Source: an uncultured virus (IMG/VR IMGVR_UViG_3300012147_001294)
Taxonomy: Duplodnaviria; Heunggongvirae; Uroviricota; Caudoviricetes
IMG/VR virus record: IMGVR_UViG_3300012147_001294
Direction: 5' to 3' (one strand)
DNA length: 64,000 nt
The notes under the pieces were generated by a model. That model saw only the letters and a program-made list of their open reading frames with translations. It ran no database searches and was not told where the DNA came from. Positions 8,800 to 17,748 of the stretch are shown here, one piece after another; positions within the stretch are counted from its first letter, which is position 1, and the number at the start of each line of letters is the position of its first letter. Position numbers and translations under genes: made by a program.

Positions 8800-10959
8800 T
8801 TATTCAGTACCTTCATACATCTGCTTTTTTTTACCAAGGTAATAAACACTTGCTAATATCGCTGCTATAGCGGCAGAAGCAAAAGTAATCAACATTAAAT
8901 CACCTTTGTCACTTACCATCTCAACTGCATCTGTCCATGTGTCAGTTCTTGGTAATCTGATAATATAATGACCTAATGTACCACCAACAATACCACCTAA
9001 CAGCCCTGCGTTTATAATTTTATTACCAACTCCAACTTTTTCTTCTTCATTTAACCCACCTAAAGTTTTACTCAAAGCCATTGCTACTTGTTGTGTGTTG
9101 ATATCAGCATTTTCGTTCAATGGTAAATTTATTTTATCCGCTAACACTTTTAATTCAGCCATTGCTTTTGGGTCATTCATAATTTGTTTTACCACTTGAG
9201 GTAGCTTTGGGTCATTTTCAATTTCAGCAACAGCACGGGCTAAGATTTGTTCTTCTGTCTCCGACCCACTGGAAGTTGCCAATTCTTCTTCTTCATACAT
9301 CGTTTCAAAAATCATCCCATTTAACTCTAATTTCTCCATCATATTGACATGTTTTTTAGCGTCATTAGCTTGTGGTACAGAAATTTTATCCCACATACCA
9401 GTTGTTGGTGTTTTTGCATACGTTGTTGATTGAACGGTCCCATGAGCAGCACCTTGTGGTGTATCTATATCACTCCACTCACCTTCTGGTGCTTCAACAC
9501 CTAACCCCATACCTATTTTGGAATCTACACTACCTTGAACGTGTTTCTTAGCTTCTGGGGCTTGACTTTTTACTGTTTGTAAGGATTTCATATTACCAGT
9601 TTTAGGTGCTGGTGCCTTCGTTCCTTTATCTTTTGAAACACTACCTTGGATGTGTTTTTGTGCCTCTGGTGCTTTTTTTACAGCTTTGTTCAAATCACCT
9701 TCTTTAGCTGTATGACCTTCAATATTTTCATTTTCAAACAAGTTTTTAATAGTTTTATATGAAGTATCAAATACTTTGTTCTCTAACAATCTAGCACCAC
9801 CTTTAACTAAACCTAAAGTGTCTTTTGATTTGTAATGCATGAAGTGTTTGATTCTTTGTAAGTCTTCGTTTACAATTTGATTATCAGAAGCTTTTAATAT
9901 GATTGCTTTACCTTCAGATAATGTACCTTCCCAACGGATAGTATAATTTTCGTTACCATCAGTCATTTTAAAAGTTTTGTTATCTATTTTATAACTTTCT
10001 GGTATTAATTTTAATGCGTTACCAAATCCATTGAATTCTTTTTTAAATTTAAGTCTTTTCATTGCTTCCTTTACTTTTGTTTTTTTATTGTTGTCAGTTT
10101 CCAATGGTTTTTTTGCATCATCACTGTTATTAAATTCGTATTCTTCTTCAGAACCATAAGGAGAAGTTTCTTCATTAGAAACCTCATTTATATTAGCTTT
10201 TTTAAGTACCCAATTGCTACCCATACCACTAGTGGTAACCCAATCACCAGCTTTATTTTTAAATCTGTGTATTCCATCTACAGTGTCAACAAAAGTAGCT
10301 TGATAGGCTTTATCGCTATTTTTATTGGTCATGTTTACTAAATCACCTTTTTCAAAAGTTAAACCCATAAGGTTTTCATCAAGCAAGTCGTTAAACATTT
10401 CTTTTAATGCTGAAAATTTAGTCATAGGAGCATAACCTTTAGGTACCATTTCAATGTCATCACCGAAACTAGTAACACCTTTAGCGGCATCTTGTCTTTT
10501 TTTCATAGAAGAAGATGCGTTTTTAACTAATTTTTCACCAAAATCATCTGATGAAACACCTTCCATTGCTTCAGCGTTACCCATACCCTCACCACCTTTA
10601 TTTCCCATTCTAGAACTACCTACAATAGCTTCTTTGGCCCTATCTTTGAACTCTTGTGATGGGTCTCTATCATATTGGTTCATTATTAAACCATTCATAA
10701 TTTCCATTTGTTCATGAAATTCAACCTCATCTTCACCTTCATAATTCATTTTGTTTCTAGGTACTTTTGAAGTTTCAGAATCTTGTTTTGATTTTTTATC
10801 ATAAGTGGTTACATCTTTAGCTATAGCTTTAAGACCAACTTTGTTTTCAGTACCAGATTTTTTATGAATAGCATTGGTAACAGTAATTCCTGGGGTTGTA
10901 TCCGCTATTTCTTTAATGAGTTTTCTAGTCACCCCATTTTTAATTATGTTTTTATCCAT
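8800..10959 (-). CDS. large putative internal virion/head protein
   Basis: 719 aa, charged, repeated APEAxKHxQGSV units, many (I/L)xE sites, late-type promoter. Confidence 0.6.
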   Translation of the reverse strand: MDKNIIKNGVTRKLIKEIADTTPGITVTNAIHKKSGTENKVGLKAIAKDVTTYDKKSKQDSETSKVPRNKMNYEGEDEVEFHEQMEIMNGLIMNQYDRDPSQEFKDRAKEAIVGSSRMGNKGGEGMGNAEAMEGVSSDDFGEKLVKNASSSMKKRQDAAKGVTSFGDDIEMVPKGYAPMTKFSALKEMFNDLLDENLMGLTFEKGDLVNMTNKNSDKAYQATFVDTVDGIHRFKNKAGDWVTTSGMGSNWVLKKANINEVSNEETSPYGSEEEYEFNNSDDAKKPLETDNNKKTKVKEAMKRLKFKKEFNGFGNALKLIPESYKIDNKTFKMTDGNENYTIRWEGTLSEGKAIILKASDNQIVNEDLQRIKHFMHYKSKDTLGLVKGGARLLENKVFDTSYKTIKNLFENENIEGHTAKEGDLNKAVKKAPEAQKHIQGSVSKDKGTKAPAPKTGNMKSLQTVKSQAPEAKKHVQGSVDSKIGMGLGVEAPEGEWSDIDTPQGAAHGTVQSTTYAKTPTTGMWDKISVPQANDAKKHVNMMEKLELNGMIFETMYEEEELATSSGSETEEQILARAVAEIENDPKLPQVVKQIMNDPKAMAELKVLADKINLPLNENADINTQQVAMALSKTLGGLNEEEKVGVGNKIINAGLLGGIVGGTLGHYIIRLPRTDTWTDAVEMVSDKGDLMLITFASAAIAAILASVYYLGKKKQMYEGTE

Positions 10960-10972
10960 GTTATAATTTAAT

Positions 10973-10980
10973 TATAAATA
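10973..10980 (-). promoter_or_regulatory. putative late promoter TATTTATA
   Basis: Recurrent motif, 13 nt upstream of the ATG. Confidence 0.6.
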
Positions 10981-11005
10981 TGTTATTTTTTAGTAAAAAT
11001 TAATC

Positions 11006-12745
11006 TTATTTATTTTTTTTATTTACAATATTCATAACCTGACGAACGCTTTTACCAGTTTTTTTAGCGATTAGTTGTAAAATTTTACTTTCGTGTAATG
11101 AAGGGGCATTTATATTCCCGTTAGTTTTTTTTAATTTTACTACATTGTCTACGGCACCACTACTACAACCAGTAGAAGCTACTTCATTGTTGAATTTAGT
11201 ACAATCATTAAATTCAACAAAAGAACCACCAGCATATTGTGTTTTTTTCTCAGCTTTAGATTTAGCGTTGTTTTTACCTAAATCCATTGTCAAACCACCA
11301 GGACTATCATAATCAAAATTCCCAGCACCAGCAATATCTGATTCATCTAAATTATATTTATACCAATTATTAGTATCGTTCGAGTTGATACCTTTTTTGT
11401 TTAAGTAATTTAAAGTAACTATTTTAAAGTCACTTAATTTATTATCAGGGAAATCATTAAACATATCTTCTCTAGCATATTCTAAAACACTATCATCATC
11501 ATAACTTTTTGAGTCTTTGTCATATAAACTACTATAATCCCAACCGTTAGCTATTTTAGTATCGCTTTTAAATATCGCAAAGTGTGTGTAACCTTTACCT
11601 AAATCCTTTTCTTCTCTAATTATTGGGGTATTCGGCATTGATTTTCTCATCACATTCTCACCACCAAAAGAAGCAGTGTAACTACCACCAACAGAACCAG
11701 TAGAAGACATTTCATCTAATTCTTCATCACTTGTTTTTTCTAAATCTCTTCTTGCTAATTCTTCAGCTCTAATCGCATTAAGTTTATCTAAAATCCTTTT
11801 TTTATCTATTGGGGCTTTTGGTAAATCAAAACCTCTTTGGTTATCTTTTTTAAACATTGCAGTAGTATCAATTAATCTGTCATCGTCCATTTCAGTTAAA
11901 GAGTTTAATACTACTTGATTCTTGTCATACATGTTTTTAATGAAATCTTTTAATTCTTCATCTACTTTAACCAATGGAAAATTACCGCTTTCCCAGTCAC
12001 TTAGTCCTTCACCCGTCTCAACGTTACCATAATTATCATCAAGAAAACCATTAATTGAATTTTCATCTAATTCGAAATAGTCATCGTAATCGATGTCGTA
12101 ACCACCATCAGTATTTGGATATTTATCTAAAACTTCTCTTTCAGAGTATTCTTTAAATTCTTCTCTATCAATTGCTAAATAATCAAATATAAATAACTCA
12201 CCATTGTTTGTTTTAAGTATTACGAATTCATCATTCATAGCAATTGCCTTAAAACTAATATTGTTTGTAGGATTACCTCTATTATTGTTTTCAGATGTAG
12301 AATTCATTGAGTAATTCTCTTCTTCTAACTCTGTTTTAGTATTGGGTAACATACTTTGTAGTTCAGTTTTTATTTTATCTTTAACTTCTTCAGCTGAACC
12401 TACTTTATTTACAGAATATAAACCATTTTTACTCGTAATTAGTTTCGCCTTTTCTAATTTAGAAATAATATCATTATATTCAACCCCATTTTCTTCCCAA
12501 AAAGTAGAAAGAACATTTGATTCACGATATAAAAATTGTAGCAATTTAGTTACCTCTTGAGATAAATCGTTAGAATCTAGTAACCCTTCATTTGTTGAGA
12601 CAATACCTTTTCCTTTGGTTTGGTTTTTAAATGCATCTGCAACTCTATTAACACCACCTTTAACTAAATTTTCGTTAATTACTCCATTTGCAAATATCCT
12701 ATTATATTGCTGTTTTGATATTTTTAATTTTTTAATATTACCCAT
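11006..12745 (-). CDS. putative internal virion protein
   Basis: 579 aa, acidic, modular, with INE/LTE/LDE/LHE sites. Confidence 0.55.
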   Translation of the reverse strand: MGNIKKLKISKQQYNRIFANGVINENLVKGGVNRVADAFKNQTKGKGIVSTNEGLLDSNDLSQEVTKLLQFLYRESNVLSTFWEENGVEYNDIISKLEKAKLITSKNGLYSVNKVGSAEEVKDKIKTELQSMLPNTKTELEEENYSMNSTSENNNRGNPTNNISFKAIAMNDEFVILKTNNGELFIFDYLAIDREEFKEYSEREVLDKYPNTDGGYDIDYDDYFELDENSINGFLDDNYGNVETGEGLSDWESGNFPLVKVDEELKDFIKNMYDKNQVVLNSLTEMDDDRLIDTTAMFKKDNQRGFDLPKAPIDKKRILDKLNAIRAEELARRDLEKTSDEELDEMSSTGSVGGSYTASFGGENVMRKSMPNTPIIREEKDLGKGYTHFAIFKSDTKIANGWDYSSLYDKDSKSYDDDSVLEYAREDMFNDFPDNKLSDFKIVTLNYLNKKGINSNDTNNWYKYNLDESDIAGAGNFDYDSPGGLTMDLGKNNAKSKAEKKTQYAGGSFVEFNDCTKFNNEVASTGCSSGAVDNVVKLKKTNGNINAPSLHESKILQLIAKKTGKSVRQVMNIVNKKNK

Positions 12746-12746
12746 T

Positions 12747-12986
12747 TTAATTTTGTTTGTTATTTAAATTATCTCGCCAAAAACTTTTTTTAACCCAAAG
12801 AGCTTTAAATAATTGAGTTAAAACATTTTTGGTTATTTCAACCACTTTGTCCTCAAGTTCTTTTTCGTTTTTGATTCTGTCTTTTACTATTTTTTCTATT
12901 TTAAGTTTAAATGCATCAGAATCCATATAAATCTTAATCTCTTTAGAAGTATTTACTGTACTACTGTTGTTTTTTGTTTTATCCAC
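12747..12986 (-). CDS. hypothetical protein
   Basis: 79 aa, GTG start, TATTTATA at 12998-13005. Confidence 0.6.
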   Translation of the reverse strand: MDKTKNNSSTVNTSKEIKIYMDSDAFKLKIEKIVKDRIKNEKELEDKVVEITKNVLTQLFKALWVKKSFWRDNLNNKQN

Positions 12987-13018
12987 TGTTATTTAAATAT
13001 AAATAGTAATAAATAATA

Positions 13019-13043
13019 AAAAAACCCTATATTAGGGTTTTTT
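13019..13043 (-). terminator. intrinsic terminator
   Basis: aaaaaacccta-tat-tagggtttttt. Confidence 0.8.
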
Positions 13044-13052
13044 ATTTATTGT

Positions 13053-13502
13053 TTATAAGGTTAAATGTTCTACGTTAATAACCAATTTATATTTAAGTTT
13101 TTTTGTGGGTAAATGGTTTAACGAAACGAAACTACAACCACTATATTTTATTTTTCTATTAATAACTAAATCTTTAGATTTAAAGATTGCATAGATGTCA
13201 AATTTTTTAAATTTATTAGTTATTAAATTTTCCATTATGATGTCAAATATAGGGCTTTTACCATCTATTAAGATATTAAAAGATAAATAACCTATTTCAG
13301 GTGAACTCATATAGTTTTTTGTCGTAATGGTAGGTAGATATATGTTTGAGACGAACTCTGGTTTTAAACCTAATTCTTCTGGAAATTCTAATGTTAAATG
13401 TTTTTTAAGAAATATATCTGAACCAATTGAGGACGCATTTTTACTCTTATTTTTAGGTTTTATTACCTTATTAACGTTTCTTCTAATGTATTCTCTTATC
13501 AT
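13053..13502 (-). CDS. hypothetical protein
   Basis: 149-aa ORF overlapping the upstream stop. Confidence 0.6.
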   Translation of the reverse strand: MIREYIRRNVNKVIKPKNKSKNASSIGSDIFLKKHLTLEFPEELGLKPEFVSNIYLPTITTKNYMSSPEIGYLSFNILIDGKSPIFDIIMENLITNKFKKFDIYAIFKSKDLVINRKIKYSGCSFVSLNHLPTKKLKYKLVINVEHLTL

Positions 13503-13969
13503 GGTATTAAAAATGAGATTGCTACTATTATTGGTAATAAAATTGCTGCTGAAAAACCTAACACCTTTAGAGATGATTGTTTTTTGACCTCTTTTTTATA
13601 ACCTATTATTTCTACTTCAAGTTCTTTTGTTATTATTTGGTAGTTGACTAACATTTTTTCATTGTTGGATATTTCTACAGCTTTTTTATTATTTTTTTTC
13701 ACCAATGCGTTTATTTCACTTAATTGTAATTCAACTACACCTCTATTCATTATATCTCTATCAATTAATACCTCAACTAAACTATCTGACACTTTTTTAT
13801 TTAATACATCAGATAAAATAAGTTTAGCATCTGAAAGTTTAAATTGAATTAGAGTGTCGCCTTGTTTGGTTATAATCGTGGTTACCCTATTTTCTTTCTT
13901 CAAGGTATTTTGAGAAGTCATCTGCAACATCGTTAGCAGACAAGCTATTAACATAATAATTTGTTTCAT
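13499..13969 (-). CDS. exported coiled-coil protein with C-terminal TM (spanin-like candidate)
   Basis: N-terminal signal-like segment, coiled coil, C-terminal hydrophobic anchor; overlaps the upstream gene. Confidence 0.5.
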   Translation of the reverse strand: MKQIIMLIACLLTMLQMTSQNTLKKENRVTTIITKQGDTLIQFKLSDAKLILSDVLNKKVSDSLVEVLIDRDIMNRGVVELQLSEINALVKKNNKKAVEISNNEKMLVNYQIITKELEVEIIGYKKEVKKQSSLKVLGFSAAILLPIIVAISFLIP

Positions 13970-14243
13970 TTTTTTTATTTTTTAATTTATTAATTAATTT
14001 TTCGTTATCTTTAAGTTCTAAATCTTTTAAAATTCTTTGTTTCCGTATTCCTAAAATTAAAGAATCAATTTTTTTATACTCAATTTTTAAACTATCGTTT
14101 TCAACACGTAAATTATTATTTATAGTGTTTAAACCAGAACTTCTCATTATTTTATTTGGTTTTTGACTTAGATAAAATATAACACCAATTAATAATATGA
14201 TAATTGCAATAAAAATATATTCGTTTTTGTTTTTTATCTTCAT
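13887..14243 (-). CDS. N-terminally anchored coiled-coil protein (i-spanin-like candidate)
   Basis: Single N-terminal TM followed by a coiled coil; near the amidase-like gene. Confidence 0.5.
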   Translation of the reverse strand: MKIKNKNEYIFIAIIILLIGVIFYLSQKPNKIMRSSGLNTINNNLRVENDSLKIEYKKIDSLILGIRKQRILKDLELKDNEKLINKLKNKKNETNYYVNSLSANDVADDFSKYLEERK

Positions 14244-14248
14244 CTATT

Positions 14249-14695
14249 TTATTCTGTTTTAGGTCTATATTCAGTAGGTAATTTTTTACCCCATTCGATT
14301 CTAAAGTTTTCGTAATAACCTTTTAATTTTTTTAATAATGTACTAACGTTATCATTCAGTTCGACATCATTCATAGTGGTTTCAATTTCACCAGCAGCTA
14401 GAGACATTTTAAAAATAATACCAGACCCTTCATTTTCTTTGTATTCCATCACCCCCTCAATAATCACATTTTCATCTATTGGATAAATCTTAAATTTAGT
14501 AATCTTTATTCTAGGGCTAACAGTATCTCTTAATTTTTGTAGTTCATCATTGAATACTGCATCACCTATCACTGGGGTTACAGTGTCTTTTTCTTTTCTC
14601 ATTGAATCATCCTCAAACAAAGCTTTCTTATAACCGCTTCTAATCATTTCAGTCATTTTCTTTGTCATGTCGTATTCATTAATTCTGTCTTTCAT
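14249..14695 (-). CDS. hypothetical protein
   Basis: 148-aa ORF. Confidence 0.65.
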   Translation of the reverse strand: MKDRINEYDMTKKMTEMIRSGYKKALFEDDSMRKEKDTVTPVIGDAVFNDELQKLRDTVSPRIKITKFKIYPIDENVIIEGVMEYKENEGSGIIFKMSLAAGEIETTMNDVELNDNVSTLLKKLKGYYENFRIEWGKKLPTEYRPKTE

Positions 14696-15296
14696 CTTCT
14701 ACGTTTTTTTTAAATTCTTGATAATCCCACGATGGGTTTAAATCAATATAATGTTTCCCTAAATTCCCTTTGTAACAAACCCCATTAAACTCTTCAATAA
14801 AATTAACTTTTACGTTATGTTCCATAACATTAAAAGGAATGTTAAAATCTAAGCACAATTTTTTAGTTAGTTCAATAGCACTTTTTAATTGTTTTTTATT
14901 ATAAATAGACCAGTATTCTTTATTACGCCATTTTTTGGTAAATACTTTGGTCTGATGTTTATAAATATCTCCAAACCAATTAACGAATTTATTTTTTTCG
15001 TTAAGATGTAACCACCCATCATTTTCGATTAAAATAACTATGGATTTTTTGTCTAGTGTTTGATTATCTAAATAATTTGAATAATAGATAGGGTTAAAGT
15101 GTTTGTGTATAACACCAGCAACGTCTATTGTAAATGCAGCTGTTTTAGTGTATTCCCCATTCAATCTATTAGACCAACCAATAACATGTCGCATATCGTG
15201 ATTAAACGAATTAGATAAAATTATTTGTTTTTTTTCTGTCTCATTTTGAACAAAATTTCTATCTGACAGTAAATATTTATTTTCTTCAATCTTCAT
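14679..15296 (-). CDS. N-acetylmuramoyl-L-alanine amidase-like protein (start probably MKIEENK)
   Basis: KKQIIL..., AFTID..G.I, KQLKSAIELTKKLC, DLNP pattern of Amidase_2 proteins. Confidence 0.6.
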   Translation of the reverse strand: MKIEENKYLLSDRNFVQNETEKKQIILSNSFNHDMRHVIGWSNRLNGEYTKTAAFTIDVAGVIHKHFNPIYYSNYLDNQTLDKKSIVILIENDGWLHLNEKNKFVNWFGDIYKHQTKVFTKKWRNKEYWSIYNKKQLKSAIELTKKLCLDFNIPFNVMEHNVKVNFIEEFNGVCYKGNLGKHYIDLNPSWDYQEFKKNVEDERQN

Positions 15297-16335
15297 ATCC
15301 ACGATTATAATAAACTTTGTTATTATCTCCATCTTTTAGGATTTTATTTGAACCAATTCGTTCTACTGAATTTGCTGGTTTTGGGATGTTAACGGAAAAA
15401 CCTCGATTACTTTCTCTTATCTCTTTGATATCTTGTAGTTCTATTTTCTTCCTAATATCTGAACTACCCCCCTCAACGGAATTTGTTAGTGATTCTTTAT
15501 TTAAGTTGGGTGTAGATATGTTATAATTTCTTTCTAAGTATAATTCAGATTCTATCATAAAGATTTTATTGGTCATTATAACTAACGCAACAGCCAATGG
15601 GTCAAAAACAAAAATAATCAAAAGAATCATATAATTAACTATATTTGCCATGGACATACCAGACAATTCAGCGATATATTTTAATGGACCAACTTCACCA
15701 GAAATTTCACTATTAGAGTTCAATTCTAACGATTTAACAGCATAGGAACTTATTGAGTCTGATAAAACACCGTTTTTGATATTCAACTCATCAATTTCGT
15801 TTGTTAGTTTTTGTATTTCAGTATTAGCGATTGTGATATCACCACGAGCATTACTCTTGGCTCTATTTGACTTGTTATTATCGAGTCTAGTTTCTTGTGT
15901 TAATCTAAGGCTTGATAATTGATTAATGCGTATTGTTTTGTTATCAATTATTATTTGATTACTTAAAACTTTTTTATCGAAGACTTCTTTTTTATCACTT
16001 AAAATACTTAGTTCTGCATCTTGTATTTCTAATTTATTTGCTGTCATTTGATAAGCATTTGATAAAAAACCATAAATACCAGCTGATGTTATTAACATTA
16101 AAATACCAACACTTAGTGTTAAATAAATCCTTAAACCTTTAGATAATTTACCCCAATAAGTATGTAAAGCAGTCGTTGTAGCTATTTTACCTACCTCTAG
16201 TACAGTCGCCATTATTATGACTGCCGTACTAGCACCAGCGAATAGCTGACTTAATCCCCAAACCGAAAAATAAGCCGCACAACCAGCAACTGATAGTGCT
16301 AAAATTAATGTTATGTATTTAAATTTGATTTTCAT
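15286..16335 (-). CDS. membrane protein with long coiled coil
   Basis: Three N-terminal TMs, coiled coil, then IIFVFDPLAV TM. Confidence 0.7.
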   Translation of the reverse strand: MKIKFKYITLILALSVAGCAAYFSVWGLSQLFAGASTAVIIMATVLEVGKIATTTALHTYWGKLSKGLRIYLTLSVGILMLITSAGIYGFLSNAYQMTANKLEIQDAELSILSDKKEVFDKKVLSNQIIIDNKTIRINQLSSLRLTQETRLDNNKSNRAKSNARGDITIANTEIQKLTNEIDELNIKNGVLSDSISSYAVKSLELNSNSEISGEVGPLKYIAELSGMSMANIVNYMILLIIFVFDPLAVALVIMTNKIFMIESELYLERNYNISTPNLNKESLTNSVEGGSSDIRKKIELQDIKEIRESNRGFSVNIPKPANSVERIGSNKILKDGDNNKVYYNRGYED

Positions 16336-16342
16336 TTTTTTT

Positions 16343-17170
16343 TTACTTTTTAATTAATAGTTGTAAACTACTTGAGTTAAATCTTAATTTCCTAATCGCT
16401 TTTTCTTTTATTTGACGAATTCGTTCTTTAGTTAAATCGTATGTTTCACCTATTTTTTCTAATGTCATTTCTTCTTCATTTAAATTGATACCAAAATAAG
16501 ATTGAATTATAATTCTTTCTCTTTCATCTAAGATAAGCAACGTTTTTTTTAATTCGTTTCTTACATCATCTTTAATTTCTAAATCATCTTCTTCGTCTTC
16601 TATTTGAATAAGTTCAATTAACTCATCACCATCTTCGTTTATTACTTGGTTTAGAGAACTTGCTTTTGGGAAGAACACCATTTTATCCATTAGGGTCCCA
16701 TCACTCAGCATTTCTTGGTAAATTGGTTCTCTCTCGTTCGTATTCTCAAATTTAGATATTTCTTTATTTAATTTGTTTATTTTATTTATAACATTTGTTG
16801 GTAATCTAACAACTCTAGCATTGTCGTTTAAACTTTTAATTATTGATTGTTTAACCCACCAAACAGCATACGAAATAAATCTAAAACCCTTATCGTGGTC
16901 AAATCTATGTGCTGCTTTTATTAAACCATAATTTCCCTCGTTGATTAAATCTTGTAGGTCCAAACCTTGATTTTGATAGTCTTTTGCGACAGATATAACA
17001 AATTTCAAATTAGAACTAACTAATTCATCTACTGCTTTATTATCACCATTTCTAATTCTAATAGCCAACTCAATTTCTTTTTCTTGTGTTAAAATATTTG
17101 TTTTTTTAACTTCTTTAAAATATTTTGATATACTGTCCTCAATATCAAAATTCAAAAATCTCTTATTCAT
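16343..17170 (-). CDS. RpoD/SigA-family sigma factor lacking region 1.1 (Bacteroidota-like)
   Basis: NLKFVISVAK, DLINEGNYGLIKAA, FISYAVWW, VRLP, TLEKIG...TKERIRQI. Confidence 0.92.
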   Translation of the reverse strand: MNKRFLNFDIEDSISKYFKEVKKTNILTQEKEIELAIRIRNGDNKAVDELVSSNLKFVISVAKDYQNQGLDLQDLINEGNYGLIKAAHRFDHDKGFRFISYAVWWVKQSIIKSLNDNARVVRLPTNVINKINKLNKEISKFENTNEREPIYQEMLSDGTLMDKMVFFPKASSLNQVINEDGDELIELIQIEDEEDDLEIKDDVRNELKKTLLILDERERIIIQSYFGINLNEEEMTLEKIGETYDLTKERIRQIKEKAIRKLRFNSSSLQLLIKK

Positions 17171-17209
17171 TAATAATTATTTGTTAATTTTTTTTTATTA
17201 TATTTTACA

Positions 17210-17229
17210 TATAAATATAACTATAAATA
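17210..17229 (-). promoter_or_regulatory. two TATTTATA motifs upstream of the sigma gene
   Basis: TATAAATA on + strand at 17210-17217 and 17222-17229. Confidence 0.55.
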
Positions 17230-17252
17230 CTTTAAAGTAAATGGGTTATATA

Positions 17253-17741
17253 TTATTTACTTAAATACATCATTATTTTTTTATCATAATCTGTCATGTT
17301 TACTACTCCTTTATCCATGATTTCATTTAACATATTTTCTTTTTCTTTTTCTGACATTACACTAATATCACCCTCTATGTCTTGTATTTCTATTATTTTA
17401 TTGTTTTTATCATTTATTTCACTTAGTAAATCATTTGTTTTGTTAATTAAGTCATTATTGTTGGTTTGTTTACTAATAAAACCAAATAACCCATCATAGA
17501 CTTTTTTATTAGTGATAAAAACACCAGAATTTTCTGGGTTTAAATCAAAGACTAAAAAACTTCTATTGTTTAATGTAAACCAAGCCGTTAATTCTTTCAC
17601 ATCAACAAAAGTTGTTATTGTGGCTATAATTATTCCTTTTGCGTTTAATATGTTTGGTTTTGTTTCGCTTACTTTTTCTATTTCACTAACAGCATTTTCT
17701 GTTTCACCCATTATTACAATACAATAATTTTTAAAGTTCAT
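17253..17741 (-). CDS. hypothetical protein
   Basis: 162-aa ORF. Confidence 0.65.
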   Translation of the reverse strand: MNFKNYCIVIMGETENAVSEIEKVSETKPNILNAKGIIIATITTFVDVKELTAWFTLNNRSFLVFDLNPENSGVFITNKKVYDGLFGFISKQTNNNDLINKTNDLLSEINDKNNKIIEIQDIEGDISVMSEKEKENMLNEIMDKGVVNMTDYDKKIMMYLSK

Positions 17742-17748
17742 TTTTTTT

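Noticed and set aside
10973..10980. Canonical T4 gp55 late promoter TATAAATA
   Set aside because: It occurs on the template strand of the downstream genes, so the orientation is opposite to T4
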